This document shows, in pieces, positions 1 to 13,200 of a stretch of DNA of 64,000 nucleotides; position 1 is the stretch's first letter; every line of letters starts with the position of its first letter. The notes under the pieces are model-generated. The model did no database searches. It was not told the origin of the DNA and saw only the letters and a program-made list of their open reading frames with translations. Source of the DNA: Podarcis muralis (lineage: Eukaryota); assembly GCF_964188315.1 (NCBI RefSeq), contig NC_135667.1, forward strand, positions 22,568,001 to 22,632,000, written 5' to 3'. A program made the position numbers and the translations under genes.

Positions 1-35
1 AAGATGCCATTGTGTGGCACAGCTGGTTTAACCAG
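1..35 (+). CDS. V2R gene A exon 4 (3' end)
   Basis: ..[11 protein letters not shown] followed by gtagg donor; matches the end of gene B exon 4. Confidence 0.85.
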
Positions 36-3000
36 GTAGGACTTGGAAACAGCAGTTTGTGCAGTTTCCTTACAGAAGCACTGGGCTCATCCACACTACC
101 TTTTTTGTGTCATGCTTTCGAGGCACAGGTCCGGGATTTTGAAATCCATGTCTGAGTGGTTTGGTTTTTATTTTTATAAAATATTTTCATTTTTGTCTCA
201 CTGCTTTCCCTGAGGAAACCCACTGGAAAATAAATAAAATAAAATAAAATAATCACTGTTAGTAATTAATATTTTTTTTAACAAAATGAGCATCCTCTTT
301 TGAAGATCTTCCTCTATTCATAATAAAAATGACAGATATTTTGCATGGCTGTCTCCCTCTAGTGCCTGTGTGTTAGCATTCATTAAAGGACAGTGAAGCA
401 TTGTCACTGTAAGAGGGCTGTACTGAAAGGAAAGGAGATACATCCCAATGGGTAACTTTCACAGTGTAAGAGGTAACTGTGTCACTTTCTGAGTGTGCTT
501 ATCTTCAATTTGCTATCTGAATGGTGTTAATCTTACTTATCAAACACCTTGGTATTAAAACCACACAAAATTCACATTCTCCCCTTTCACTTATGGATTA
601 GGTACAGCCCCTTTCTCTATGCAACGATCACTGCGATTCAGGTTATAGCAAGAAAAAGAAGGAAGGACAGCTGTCTTGCTGTTACGACTGCATTCTGTGT
701 CCAGAAAATAAGATATCAAATGAGAAAGGTAAGATTGGTTGCACACAGGGTTATCAAATAAGTTGTACATAATTCAGAGAATAATGCATGCAGGCTTCGA
801 CATCAAAAAGTAATCTCAACAGATAATTGGAATAGGTGTGGGGAACCTCTGGCCCTCCAGATATTGCTGAACTACAATTCCCATCAGCCCCAGCATTCAT
901 GTAAATGGCCAGTGATGATGGGAACTGTAGTATAGGAACACCTGGAGGCCCAAAGGTTACCCATACCTACTGCAGAATGAGACAACAGACAATAGCAGGA
1001 TGGTTAAAACCTGGGTGGGGAAAATGTTAAGCCCAAGGGCCACATACTCTTATGAACAGATTTTCAGGGATGTATCCAGATATAAAAGTAGATAGATCAG
1101 ATTATGACTCTTGCCTTGATACAATAGGCTACATTCCAGCTACACAGAAGATAAATTTGTGCACCTTCACACTCCTCTCTTCCCTCTCAGTCCAGGCTGG
1201 CAAGAGGCATTATCATTGTTAAAAGGCACAGTCCATCCAGACAAAAGTGCTCTAGTAGGATGCTGAGCTCTGTGGGGTTTGTGAGGAGTCCTGAGGTAAG
1301 GAAAGAGATAGCTGGAGGATTTGAGGTTCCAGTCCCATTGGGTAATAGCTCAACACTTAATTTAACTATAATTAAAGATTTGCAACAAGATAACTAATAA
1401 TCCAATCCTATATGCAAGCATAACTAAAGTTTGCACCAATTCTGCAACACCGCAGCACTACACTGGCTCGAGATTATAGGTCAGTGCTTTTCATTGCTGG
1501 CCCTTATCCAATGCAAGCTGAGGGGACTCCTCACTCCTCACTCATCCCATATCACTCGGGCAGCATTTGGAAAGAAGGAGCTTATTGAACCTTGACCCCA
1601 CTCCCTAACACACTTCAAGGCAGCTAGCAATAAGAGGAAGGTTGGGAAAGCATTATTTCACAAGGGAATAACTCCAAGCACCCACCTCCTCCCTATATGA
1701 CGAACTTGCCAAATTTAGGTCAAATTCACGTGACGAAGGTAAAAGAGCCAATTACCAAATTAAACCAGCACATCCTGCATTAACTGTAGTCTAATAATGG
1801 AAAACCCCATGGGCATAGGTGTGGGGGGGGGCAACTGCCCCCCCCCAATCTAGTAAATAAAAACAAATACTTAACTAACTGACCAATTGTGTCACAGATA
1901 ACTCAGTTCTGCCTCCCAACATAATACCTGTCTCTCCTAAAATAAATCCTGGCTATGTCTATGGAAAAGCCCCCCCCCCAAAAAAAAATTGCTTTCAGTT
2001 GCCCTTCTCCCAAAAGATAAATGTGTAATCCCAAATTGATACAGAGGAATGAGTAAGCAGAAAACTATATTGAGACTGGTACAGAAGGGAACAGATGCCT
2101 CAAGAAAACCCAATTCCGTGTCCTCTGATAGGCTCGATCCTTGAACATAATAGGGCCTAGCCAGCCATTCTCCCATGATACTTCTCTTGGGCTAAATGGT
2201 GGGACAAAATGGTCCATGATACATTCAACAAGAGGAGATAGATCATTCTGTATTTGAAATGTGTGTACAATTTGGAAGTAACACAATGAGCCTTACATTG
2301 TTACAGTTTCAAATGATGACATGCTAGAGGAGTTGAAGGGGCTAGGACTAATAGGATAAATTATTCTAGATATTCTGGAAAATGCTTTGAAATGAGATAA
2401 TTCTTTTGGAATATGTAATGAACCATGGTTGTGACAACTGTTATGTACACACATTTTACAACCCATGCAGAATTGAACGTTCAGTAAGTGTAATATAGTG
2501 CATGTGTTATATTTCTTCATTATATAGGTCACTTTATACAAAAACAAATTCTCAAATCAATCTTCTTTTTATAAAAACCTACTTTGATATAGTAGAGACT
2601 TCAACATTTCTTCCTTTTTTCAGATATGCCTGACTGCTTTCAATGCCAAGAAGATCATTATCCAAATGAGGATAAAAATGCATGCATTCCCAAGCGTATA
2701 CATTTCTTGTCATATGAGGAACCTTTGGGGATCATCTTAGCCACTGGTGCTCTCACATGTTCATTGATCACAGCTCTAGTGCTAGGGATTTTCAGGAAGC
2801 ACCATGACACCCCCATTGTGAAAGCCAACAACAGAGGCCTCACCTACACTCTCCTCATCTCCCTTCTGCTCTGCTTCCTTTGTGCTTTGATATTCATTGG
2901 CCAGCCTCAGAGGGTGACGTGTCTCCTCCGACAAACTGCTTTTGGCATCATCTTCTCAGTGGCTGTTTCTTGTCTGCTGTCCAAAACGGTGACTGTGGTT

Positions 3001-3525
3001 CTGGCTTTCATGGCTACCAAACCAGGATCCAGGATTAAGAAGTGGGTGGGGAAAAGATTGTCCACCTCCATTGTTCTTTCTTGCTCACTTATCCAAACAG
3101 GGCTTTGTGTTGTATGGTGGGAAACCTCTCCCCCATTTCCACATACTGACACTCATTCCATGAATGATGAAATTTTATTAGAATGTAATGAGGGCTCCAC
3201 TATCATGTTTTACTGTGTCTTGGGCTACATGGGTTTCCTGGCACTTATCTGCTTCACTCTGGCTTTCTTTGCCAGAAAGTTACCTGACACTTTCAATGAG
3301 GCCAAGTTTATCACTTTCAGCATGTTGGTCTTTTGCAGTGTGTGGCTGTCCTTTGTTCCAACCTATCTGAGCACCAAAGGAAAATACATTGTTGCCGTTG
3401 AGATCTTCTCTATTTTAGCTTCCAGCTCTGGGTTGCTGGGCTGTATCTTTCTCCCCAAGTGTTACATTATTGTGATGAAGCCTCAGCTGAACAATAGGGA
3501 ACAACTAATAAGAAAAAAACCTTGA
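1..3525 (+). CDS. V2R gene A, 5'-partial (end of exon 4, exon 5, exon 6)
   Basis: Exon 4 end [11 protein letters not shown]|gt (1-35), exon 5 602-728, exon 6 2624-3525; phases join correctly; 7TM motifs [32 protein letters not shown]. Confidence 0.93.
602..728 (+). CDS. V2R gene A exon 5 (cysteine-rich domain)
   Basis: ttag|[42 protein letters not shown]|gtaag; 127 nt like all exon 5s in the window. Confidence 0.93.
833..969. mobile_element. Palindromic MITE (non-autonomous DNA element)
   Basis: Ends taggtgtggggaacct / aggttacccataccta are near-perfect inverted repeats; internal symmetry; no TSD seen. Confidence 0.6.
1814..1963 (+). mobile_element. MITE relic, same family as 56091-56204
   Basis: Shares aaatacttaactaactga..gttctgcc..caacata..aaatcctggcta with 56091-56204. 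Confidence 0.5.
2624..3525 (+). CDS. V2R gene A exon 6 (CRD end + 7TM)
   Basis: tttcag|AT ATG; ORF 2626-3525 open to TGA. Confidence 0.95.
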
Positions 3526-3800
3526 TTTTTCACTGTGTAATAAATACAACAGATGTGTTGTTCTGTGAGCTATCCCAGCCTGTACATGCACTAGAGTTCT
3601 ACAGATGCCTACTAATTTATAAATAATTTTAGAGGCAAGATGTTCTTGAAATTGGTCTCCCTTTATAAAGACATCTTGAAATTCCCTTTCTGCCACTGAA
3701 ATGAGGGCTCAACCATAGTGTTTTACTGTGCCTTGAGCTTTCTGCGCCTTTCCTTTCCAAGAACCTCCATGAAGCCAAGTTCACCACTTTCAGCATGTTA

Positions 3801-5727
3801 TATATAAAAGGAAAAAAGGAGGAGCCTGCAAACTACAGACGGATTAGTCTCTTCGGCATCATCAGAAAACTCTGCACAAGACACCTACAATGGAAACTCC
3901 TTGATTGGAGTAAGCTGGCTTTAGGGATGCTCGATCCACTACTGATCAGTGCTCAGTACTTCAGCACCTAATTGAAAAGTTCTCCTCCTGTAAAACAACC
4001 CCCCTTTATGATGCTTTCATAGACCTCAAAGCAGCATTTGACTCCATATCCAGAAAAACTGGAGGCTACCTCAATAGACCGACAAATGCTTCATCTAATA
4101 TGTACGTTTCATGAAGGGACCTCACTCAAAGTAAAATGTAACCCCTGGGGCCATCTTACTGATGCCATTGAAACTGAGAAAGGTGTCAAGCAAGGCTGCA
4201 TACAGGCCCCACTCTTATTTAATTATTACATTAATTCCATGGTGGGCCATCTCCACAACATAAACATTCACCCCCCAAAACTTGCTCGAAGACACATCTC
4301 TGTCATGCTGTATGTAGATGATGCAGCAATACTTTCAAGAACACCTTTTGGCCTCAAAAGAGCACTGGGAACATTAACACAATACTGCAAGGAGGACCAG
4401 CTAGAACTCAACTATCAGAAAACTAAGCTCATGGCATTTGCCAAAAGGCCTTTGAGCCGCTCTTGGAGCATAGATGGCCACAAGATTGAGCAGGTCTCTT
4501 GTTTCAAATACCTGGGGGTAGTTTTTCACTCTACCAGCAGTAGGAAAGCCCATGGGGAACATGTTGCTGAAACTGCACAGACAAGCTCATCTGCAATCCT
4601 TAAATTTCTTAAAACCAGAGGTGGCCACTATATACCTGCAGCACTCAAATTCATTGAAGCCAAAACAATAGCACAACTTGTCTATGGTGCCCAGCTGGGC
4701 CCCTTCTCTATTTTTTCATCCCTAGAATTTGTACAATCCAAATTTCTAAGATCAGCCCTTCAAGTCCCACAATGTGTCTCTAATCCCACCCTGAGACTAG
4801 AGAAAGGTTTCATAAAAGTGGAGACTTCAGTGTGGGTGACCATACTCAACTACTGGCTCAGACTATCTTTATTTCCCCTTGGCCTTGCCCCACTAACTAT
4901 GAACGATGGTTTTCAATTCACGTGGAAACAGGCTGTGGTAACCTCAGCCAGTCGCCCAATCCCACCTGGGGAGGCGTTGCCAGGGGATCGGCCAGATAGG
5001 GCCCACACAACAGAGGGTGGATCTTACCTGTGAATCGGTTTCAGGCCTTGGGTGGAATCTTTTAGTCTATCTTCCCTAAATGGGGGCGTGAAGTGGTGAC
5101 CCCCCCTTGTGGCGGTGATCCCAGGGTTCCCCTTTAAAGGGGTCTTGAGGGGAGGCATTGGTCATATGCCGAGAGGTTGTTATTGCTCTCCCCTGCGATG
5201 GCAGTGAAACAGGGGGTGGGCTCTCTGCTTGAACATATGTTCTCCAGAGCCAGCCCAATCCCCACACATTTTGGATAACCCTGATGTCCCCCAGATCCCC
5301 GGCTGGGGACTGGGAAGGATAAATGCCCAATGCCTGAGCCAAGGTCTCCCTACATCTGAAACTTAATAAAGTTGTGACCAGTTTTAATCCCATAGCACGT
5401 TGTCTTGAGTCATTATTCCACTCGGGAGTCGCCTGGGGTGGAGGTGGGGACTCCACCTGTCCACGCAATGGGCACCCATACTGGAGTGCTCTGTAGACTG
5501 ATATCTGTGGTCTTGTATATACTAGCCTTTTGTTCTCTTTCACTCTTGTATGATGTTCCTAACCCTTCTTTAAGACCTTCTTAGCTTCTTTTGGATTCTT
5601 ATATATATTCTGTTTTAACTTCTTTTAGTGTTTGTTTGTTTTTTGATCTTTTTTATTTTCAATGACTTTAAAAGATTGTACTCCTGCCTCCTTATGCTGG
5701 TCTACGACTGTAATAAAGTGTTGTTGT
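3801..5727 (+). mobile_element. 5'-truncated non-LTR retrotransposon (RT region; RTE-X/Daphne-like, clade unresolved)
   Basis: RT motifs ANYRRISL, AFIDLKAAFDSI, GVKQGCIQAPLLFN, LYVDD, FKYLG (ORF 4038-5033); 3' end aataaa + (ttg)n; tgtta duplicated at 3796-3800 and 5728-5732. Confidence 0.85.
4934..5467 (+). mobile_element. LTR-like insertion nested in the LINE
   Basis: LINE homology stops after WKQAV; GC-richer block starting tgt, ending ca, with aataaagttgtgacc motif also seen near 41364; no TSD found, boundaries approximate. Confidence 0.4.
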
Positions 5728-7464
5728 TGTTAGTATTTTGCAGTGTTTGGTTATCCTTCATTGCAGCCTACCTGAATTCTATGGGGAAATACAGGGTAGC
5801 TGTGGAGATCTTCTTTATCTTAGCCTTCAGCCTTGAGTTGCTGGCTTGCATCTTTACTCCGAAAATGTTACATCATTGTGATCAAAACTGAGCTGTGGTT
5901 CAGTGCTTCTCATACAGATAATCTGTACTTCAATCTCTTGTTCAACCAATGGCTGGCAGGGTGAGGAGCAACCTCATGTGAAATTTTTAAGAATTACTAC
6001 CTTTCTGTAAACTGTCCTGAGCTAAACTGAACAGTGGTCTAACTCAATGTGTGACTGCTTTCTAAGTTCCGATGACATTACAGTAATATTTTATGTGTGG
6101 GATAGTCATAATATACTGTGTTGCTCAGTCACATAACCTTGCAACCCGGTGTAGAAACCTACTCCCACTGTCAGGCTCAGGCAGAGCAACAGCTCTACAG
6201 CTGAGCATGGTTAGGGAGTGCTGTAAGTTTATGCCACCTTAACATACACCAAATTGTTTTATACCAGCTTCTTGTGTGTAGGATTGCTCCCTCAGTGAGC
6301 CATAACTTTGTACTAAATTAGTCAGAATACACCAGAATTTTATATGTTGTTCATGTCTCAATCCCAATTCACTATTTATTTATTTAATTTTCCTTCCTTC
6401 CTTAAAGGGTGGGGAGGGAGAGAAAAGCCTGTGATAAATTTACCCATAATCTTTTTTCAATCTGCATTCAATTAAGCCCTCTACAATCATAACCATCAAG
6501 TGTGGAGAAAACACATAAGGGGAGGTAGCAGGGACAGACCAAGAAATTTTATTGTTGAGGTGAAGAACTAAATTGCAGCCCCCTCTCCATTCCAACTACA
6601 TAAGGTGACTGGGGTGACAGTGGAATCACCCTTTAACACTGCAGTAGTTTTTCCTCCACTCTGACCAACTCCAATGGACCAACTTGGAAAATACATTGCA
6701 AGCTAATGAACACATACAGTCCTGTCCTCCAACATATTGTCACCACTGCTTTCATCAAGCACTGCTTACATCTACCAATTTGGGGAATAGGCCATAGTTC
6801 AGTGGTAGACCTTCGGCTAACAATAATGATGGTACCAGGTTCAAATGCTGGTATCTGTGGGTAGGATTCAGAGACCCCTGTTTTAAAAGGTGGATAACCA
6901 ATGCCAGTCAGTGTAGACAATATGGGGCTAGGTGAACAAATTGTCTGGCTTAGTTTAAGGCAGCTTCTCATGTTTTTGATTTTGGCTCCAGATTTGGATC
7001 CAGATCAATTTCTTTAACTACTAGCCCCATTTTCTTCTTGTTACTCAAGGCTACCCCACTGAGTAAGAGATAATACTTTCCTTCAGAGATGACAATCATG
7101 TATTTATTTCACTGTTCTCCAGAGAATACATCTTTCATCTGAGGCCCCTGCAATTAGCTAACAAACTGCAATTGATTCTGCTGCTTGCAGAATCCCCCTG
7201 AGAGCTATAGTAGCATAGTCAATAACAGAACTAATTAAAATACTGTAACTTTGGAATAAATATAACTCAATCCCATACAATTCTGAACTGAGGAGAAGAA
7301 TTTGGGAGAGATAAAGCTCCATGGGTTTCCTGTTTGAGATGCAAGATCTTAAACTCCAAAATTAGGGTGCAGGGACATACAAGGCTCAACATTGAAGGAA
7401 CACTGATAATTATGTTACATCTGAAGACAGGGAGTACTATCAATAGTAAAGATTAGTATTCAGG

Positions 7465-7679
7465 ATGCCTGCATCAGTGGTATTGCATATGCTCCTACTG
7501 TCCCAAATATTGGCCACTTCTGTTGTTAAATATGGAATGCAGGATCCCTTTGATATTCTTCACAGGTATTATCAGCCTGGAGACATCATCTTTGGAAGCA
7601 TTGGTTCTCAGAGCATAATCCTTTCCAGTCCAAAGGCTTTTGATGAACAACCTCCCCAGAAACTATCTGAAGAAGCAAT
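7465..7679 (+). CDS. V2R gene B exon 1 (signal peptide, VFT start)
   Basis: [24 protein letters not shown]; donor at|gtaag, phase 2. Confidence 0.88.
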
Positions 7680-10200
7680 GTAAGAAATACTTTTTTCTAC
7701 AGTATACCTAGGATATTTTCTATTTTACAAGCTCCCAATACAGTAGAGTTGGCAAATTTGTTCTGTAGCAGTGCATGAAAGATATATTTTCATTACTAAA
7801 CCTTTTAGCATGATGTGTTAATGTATTTCTATGTTGACTCACACTCCAAGATGACAAGAAATTACAGCTGTTAAGGACCACAGCTTTAGCAAGCATGAGA
7901 TTTAGGCAATATTGATATGGTATGGTAATCCAGCTTCATTGCTACTTTGGAGTTGCATGACCGTCAATGGCAGAAGGATGGACCCAAGTCTCAGATTCCC
8001 TGTTCATTGGAGTAGACACATGCTGCCTATTCAACTGATTCTCTCATGAAATTGAAGCTACCATTTAGCATTACAAGTTCTGAACTGGCAACTAATGTCA
8101 ACTAATGTCATCCCTATAGAATGATAAAGTTGGAAGGGAAATTGAAAAGCATCTGGTCCAATCCTCTCCTTAGTGCATGATAGCCATAGTTGAAACATTC
8201 CTCCTTCCTCTTGCTATCAATCTTTCACACAGGTTTGGGTTAGCTTTCTTAAACTGAAGCAAATATCCAGTCCGTTTTTTTCATAATTCCCCATGGTTCA
8301 GAAGTAGCAAAATAAATGAGAAAAAGAGAGACATTTTAAGTACTTTTTCAGTTTATGGGACAGGAAATATTTAAGCTTAGAACTTGAATATAGAGTCTCA
8401 ATAGAACATACCCTGGAAATATTCCACATAGAGATAATGTGGTCGAGCAGCTGCAGAAGGACACAGGAAATCAATTCAGAGAGGCCAATGCATCACAGAT
8501 TAAAATACGAGTGCTGAAAAGACTTGTAAAGAAAAACTTTATGCAAGTGTTTATACATTAATGTCAGACGCCTCCAATGGGGTGAATTGGAGTACTTAGT
8601 CTTAGAAGACATCATTGATATAGTGGGCATAATGGAAAGCTAGTAGAATGGAAAGAGCCAGTGAGAAACAATTACCTCAGAATATAATCTCCATAGGAAG
8701 GAAAGAGAATGACAGAGTTGCTTTGTATAACAAAGAGATCACTGAGTCCAGTCAACTAGAAATCCCAGAACAGGGATATAGCTTAGTCCAGGTAGTTTAG
8801 TCTCAGTGATCTACACACTGCAAGTTTTCCAGATAGAGATAATGTGCTCTATGTTGTCCAAAAGCTGCAAAATGCTATGATTTGGTTTCAGGCAGGCACA
8901 GTTTGGTGACATTACTCCAATTCTGAAGGTGATAAAGGTAGGGACACAAAACATAGCATTTTCTGTTACAACACTTCTCAATAACATCATGCCAAGGGTA
9001 ATTTGATCCAGTCCTATATTTCTATGGCCATTAAATAGTTATATTTTACTAATGTCTTTAGATGGCAATTGAAAATAGAACAAATAGGCATTTGAAAATA
9101 GAATTTTGTGATCCGTTTTGTTGTATTGCTGATAAGGGAGGGGAAAGAAGGCTAAATAACTAGATAAAATAATATAAATTATCATTATAATATAAATTAT
9201 GAAGACTACAGCTCTGAACTCATTCTTGATCCAGGAGACATGGTACCTTACTTGTTGATGTATATTTGATATGCCAACATAATGCTGAGCACCTGAATAA
9301 ATGATTAATTTATGAAGTACTGGACTCCAGTACTGTAATGTTCAAAACCAGCAACAATAAACAACTTAATAATAAGAAGAAATGTGCATGATGTAATAGA
9401 AATACTATTACAAAGTGTAGAAAATAAATAGAACAAAATGCAAATCTTTTCATAGTGCAGTGACTAAGAACTATCAGCACATCCTGGCCTTGGTGTTTGC
9501 TATAAATGAGATCAACGAAAACCCCAAGATCCTACCAAATGTCACCCTGGGATTTCATATGTATGACATCTATTCCAATGCTGCATTCACCTATCATGCT
9601 ACAATGAAACTTCTTTCAACAAGAGACAGATTTATCCCCAACTATAAATGTGACTTCCAAGATCATCTTCTTTCAGTCATTGGGGCACTTCACTCAGAAA
9701 TGTATCACCACATAGCTAATGTTTTGAGTATCTACAAGATTCCACAGGTAGGATGTGTGTGCGGAGTTTAGAAATGTATGGTCGTTGTTTTTAACCATTT
9801 TTCTTTTTTACCAGATGTGGCCTAATCTTTGAGAGACAGGGATAGGTACATTTCATGTAAACATGTAGACCTTTCCATTTATATGAATGCCATATGCAGA
9901 TACGTAGCATGCCATATGTAGTATAAACACCAACAACTGGGAAACACTCGCCTGCGAGCGCTCCAGTTGTGTCATGGGTTTTGAAGATGCTTGAACTCAG
10001 AACACAAGGGAGAAATGTGCTAAGAGGAAGGCATGCTTGGCACACCCTCGCCATGATCAACTCCCATCTGGAGACCTATGTCTCCACTGTGGAAGGACAT
10101 GGGGATCCAGAATTGGTCTCCACAGTCACTTATAGACCAACTGTTAAAACCATGTTTATGGAAGACAATCTTACTTGGCTACGAGTGATTGCCAAAGAAG

Positions 10201-10232
<32 letters not shown>

Positions 10233-13200
10233 GGAAGAAGAAGATATGCAGATAAGGGAAAACAGTACTTCTAAATGGTGGGGGGAAAACCAAAAATATT
10301 CTTTTAGGCCATATACATGTGAAGAGTTATTCAAAAGTGCTTAAAGTTCTTTAGGCCCATTAATTATTCTATTGTTCATTGTGAGGGACATTTCAAACAT
10401 TCCTGGATCCAATTGCTATCCTTTTGCATTTGGATCTCACATTCTCCTTTATAATCTTTTAGAAGGAAGTATTTTTGCTGCTGAGTAATTATAGTGCTCA
10501 GTACAATTCTGTTCTGGTTTGGGATCACAACTTTCACTGCCATAGCCCTACTCTTACAAAGAAGGACATTTTATTTAGTGACAAAGAAGAAATGTACAAA
10601 TGTTAATAATAACCACAAGGATGCTGTCAAGGGTAACACCTTGACCTCCAAATATGTAAGAATTGGTTTTATTACACTTGGGTATATGTGATGTTATATA
10701 CGTTAATATCTATAGTGAACCTTATATAAGACCAATTATCTAACTGATCCACTGACAAGTCATTTTATTTAATAAAAAAAAATGGAAACCTGAGTATACC
10801 CGAAGGAGCGTCTCCACCCCCACTGTTCAGCCCAGACACTGAGTTCCTCATTCGTAGGTCTTCTGGCATCTTTTTCACTGCAAATAGTGAAGTTAGAAGG
10901 AACCAGGCAGAGGGCCTTCTTGGCAGTGGTGCCTTCCCTGTGGAACGCCCTCCCATCAGATGTCAAGGAGATAAAGAACCACACAACTTTCAGAAGACAT
11001 CTGAAGGCAGCCCTGTATCAGGAAGTTTTTAATGTTTGACATTTTATTTATTTTGTATATGTGCTGGAAGCCACCAAGAGTTGCTTATTGTTATTATCAG
11101 AAGGAACTACACATGACATCTAATTGGTGATGCATGCAAAATCTGGATAAGGGCCTCCCATTGTCCTGGTGTCTTGACTACTATTTGCCCACATTTGCTA
11201 TTAAATAGAAATAATGTAACCCATTTGAACGACATAATCAAGCCATCCTATCCCCCCACCCATTTAGTAATGTAGTAAACTCATTCAGAACATTTTTCTA
11301 GTCTAACCTGAAATGGGGAAGGGGCTCTTTAATCTAGCCACAAATCATTTCTCCTCCTTGATTATGATGGTACTCCTCCAGCCTATAAGAGTGAGGTCTA
11401 ATGCAAGAGCAACAGGAAGAACACAAAGTTTCCTGTTTCTCCATTAAGAAAAAGAAGTATACCTGTTCATAGTCCCAAAATTATGACTTAAATCCTTAAC
11501 ATCATGCCAGAATATAAAATTTCGTATCTCAAAATCAAGCGAATTAGTGTACTAACAGATTCATTAAAGAACAGTGGCTTTTGGAATGACACAGTCTGCC
11601 CAGAACTGATAAGCCAGTGTACTTAAAAAAAACAAAAAAATAAAAAAAACCTTTGTCCAAATTTAATCTATTTGAGATAGCATTGAAAGGAATGAATACA
11701 TGTTTTCTTTTAATATATAAAGAAATATTTCTTTGGTTTTCTACCCACTCCACTTCCAATAAACCTTTAGCTTTTGTATGGTTCCACTTCTTGGAGGACA
11801 TATATCACTGAATTCCTTTCATCCTATCAGATGGTCCCAAATGATAGCATTCAGTTTCTGGGGATTCTCCAGTTACTCATCCATTTCAAATGGATATGGA
11901 TTGGATTCATTGCTGATGACAATGATAAAGTAGAAATGTTTCTGCAACACATGCTTCCCTTATTATCCCAGAGTGGCATATGTTTAGCCTTTGTAGAAAC
12001 GTGTCCCCAAAATTTCAGCTTTGATGATGAGAATGGAGACATAATAAAAAAAGCAGCTGAAATGTTTGACAGAGTTATGAGCAGCACAGCCAATGCATTT
12101 GTCTGCTATGGAGAAGCAGATTCCATAATATTTTTGAGATGGGTGCTATATCTACCAGAAGTGGAAGTTACAACACAAATGCCAAGAGGTATAGTCTGGA
12201 TCCTGACAGCACAGATAGAGTTCAAATCATTTTCCTACCAACGTGATTGGGATATCCAAGCCTTCCATGGTGCTATATCTTTTTCAATTCACTCCAATGA
12301 GGTACAGGGATTCAGAAAATTTCTTCAGGGCAGAAACCCTTCCAGCACAGCAGATGATGGTTTTATCAGAGATTTCTGGGAACAGGCATTTGGCTGTGTT
12401 TTCCCAAGCTCTGCTTTGGATGATGTGGTGGGTGATATCTGTACTGGAGATGAGAGTCTGGAGAATCTTCCTGGACATATTTTTGAAATGAGCATGACTG
12501 GTCACAGCTACTGTATCTACAATGCTGTCTATGCAGTGGCCCATGCGCTGCATATGCTTTCATCCACATCCAAACACAGAACAATGGCAGAGGGAGAAAG
12601 AAAGAAACTTCAGAAGAATCAACCATGGCAGGTAATGGCTGGCAATGTCATTTCCTTGCATTTTCTGTATTTGCCTGCACTTTTCCTAATGACCTATGCT
12701 ATTCTCTAATCCAGATGAAGCTGTATATCGAAGAGTTGGTGATAATAGTCCTCATAGTGCCCTAGGCCACACTCATAATAATTTCCTGGGTGCTGCTGTT
12801 CATAGGTTGTACATGGGATGTACATAGAGCAAGGACTAGGGATGTAAAACTAGGTATAGTGTTGTTGCAAAGAGTGTAAGTCAGGGATGGGGAAACTGGC
12901 ACTCTAGAGGTTGTTGGATTCCAGCTTGTGAGATTCCTGGCCATTAGTAATGCTGGTTGCAGCTAATCTTATTTGAAGCCCAACAACGTGAGCGAGCTGA
13001 AAATGGGAACTATATAGCCCAATATACATTGCCCCACACCCAGAATGAAGAGTTGACAATAATAACTGGTAGAGAGGTTCATTTCATTCATTATATTTCT
13101 ATGCCACTTTTTACTCACCATGTCTTGTTATGTTTACCTTCTTACAGTAAATGCCAAATAAACCAAACAGGTAAATAAGAACTCAGGTCACTACAAGCCT

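Larger units (their letters stand above)
3700..5895 (+). pseudogene. Degenerate V2R exon-6 fragment split by a LINE
   Basis: 3700-3800 reads NEGSTIVFYCAL..EAKFTTFSML; 5733-5895 continues [43 protein letters not shown] with deletions and a frameshift. Confidence 0.85.

Noticed and set aside
1290-2300. Short ORFs and possible element remnants in gene A intron 5
   Set aside because: No recognisable protein motif, termini or TSD.
5628-5891. 87-aa ORF ending in V2R TM6-TM7 sequence as a novel small membrane protein
   Set aside because: Chance fusion of the LINE 3' UTR with the pseudogene fragment; the frameshift before CYII remains.
7250-7464. Shared V2R promoter motif (O/E-like or homeodomain sites) upstream of B, C, D and E
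   Set aside because: No convincing common motif found by eye, and TSSs are unknown.
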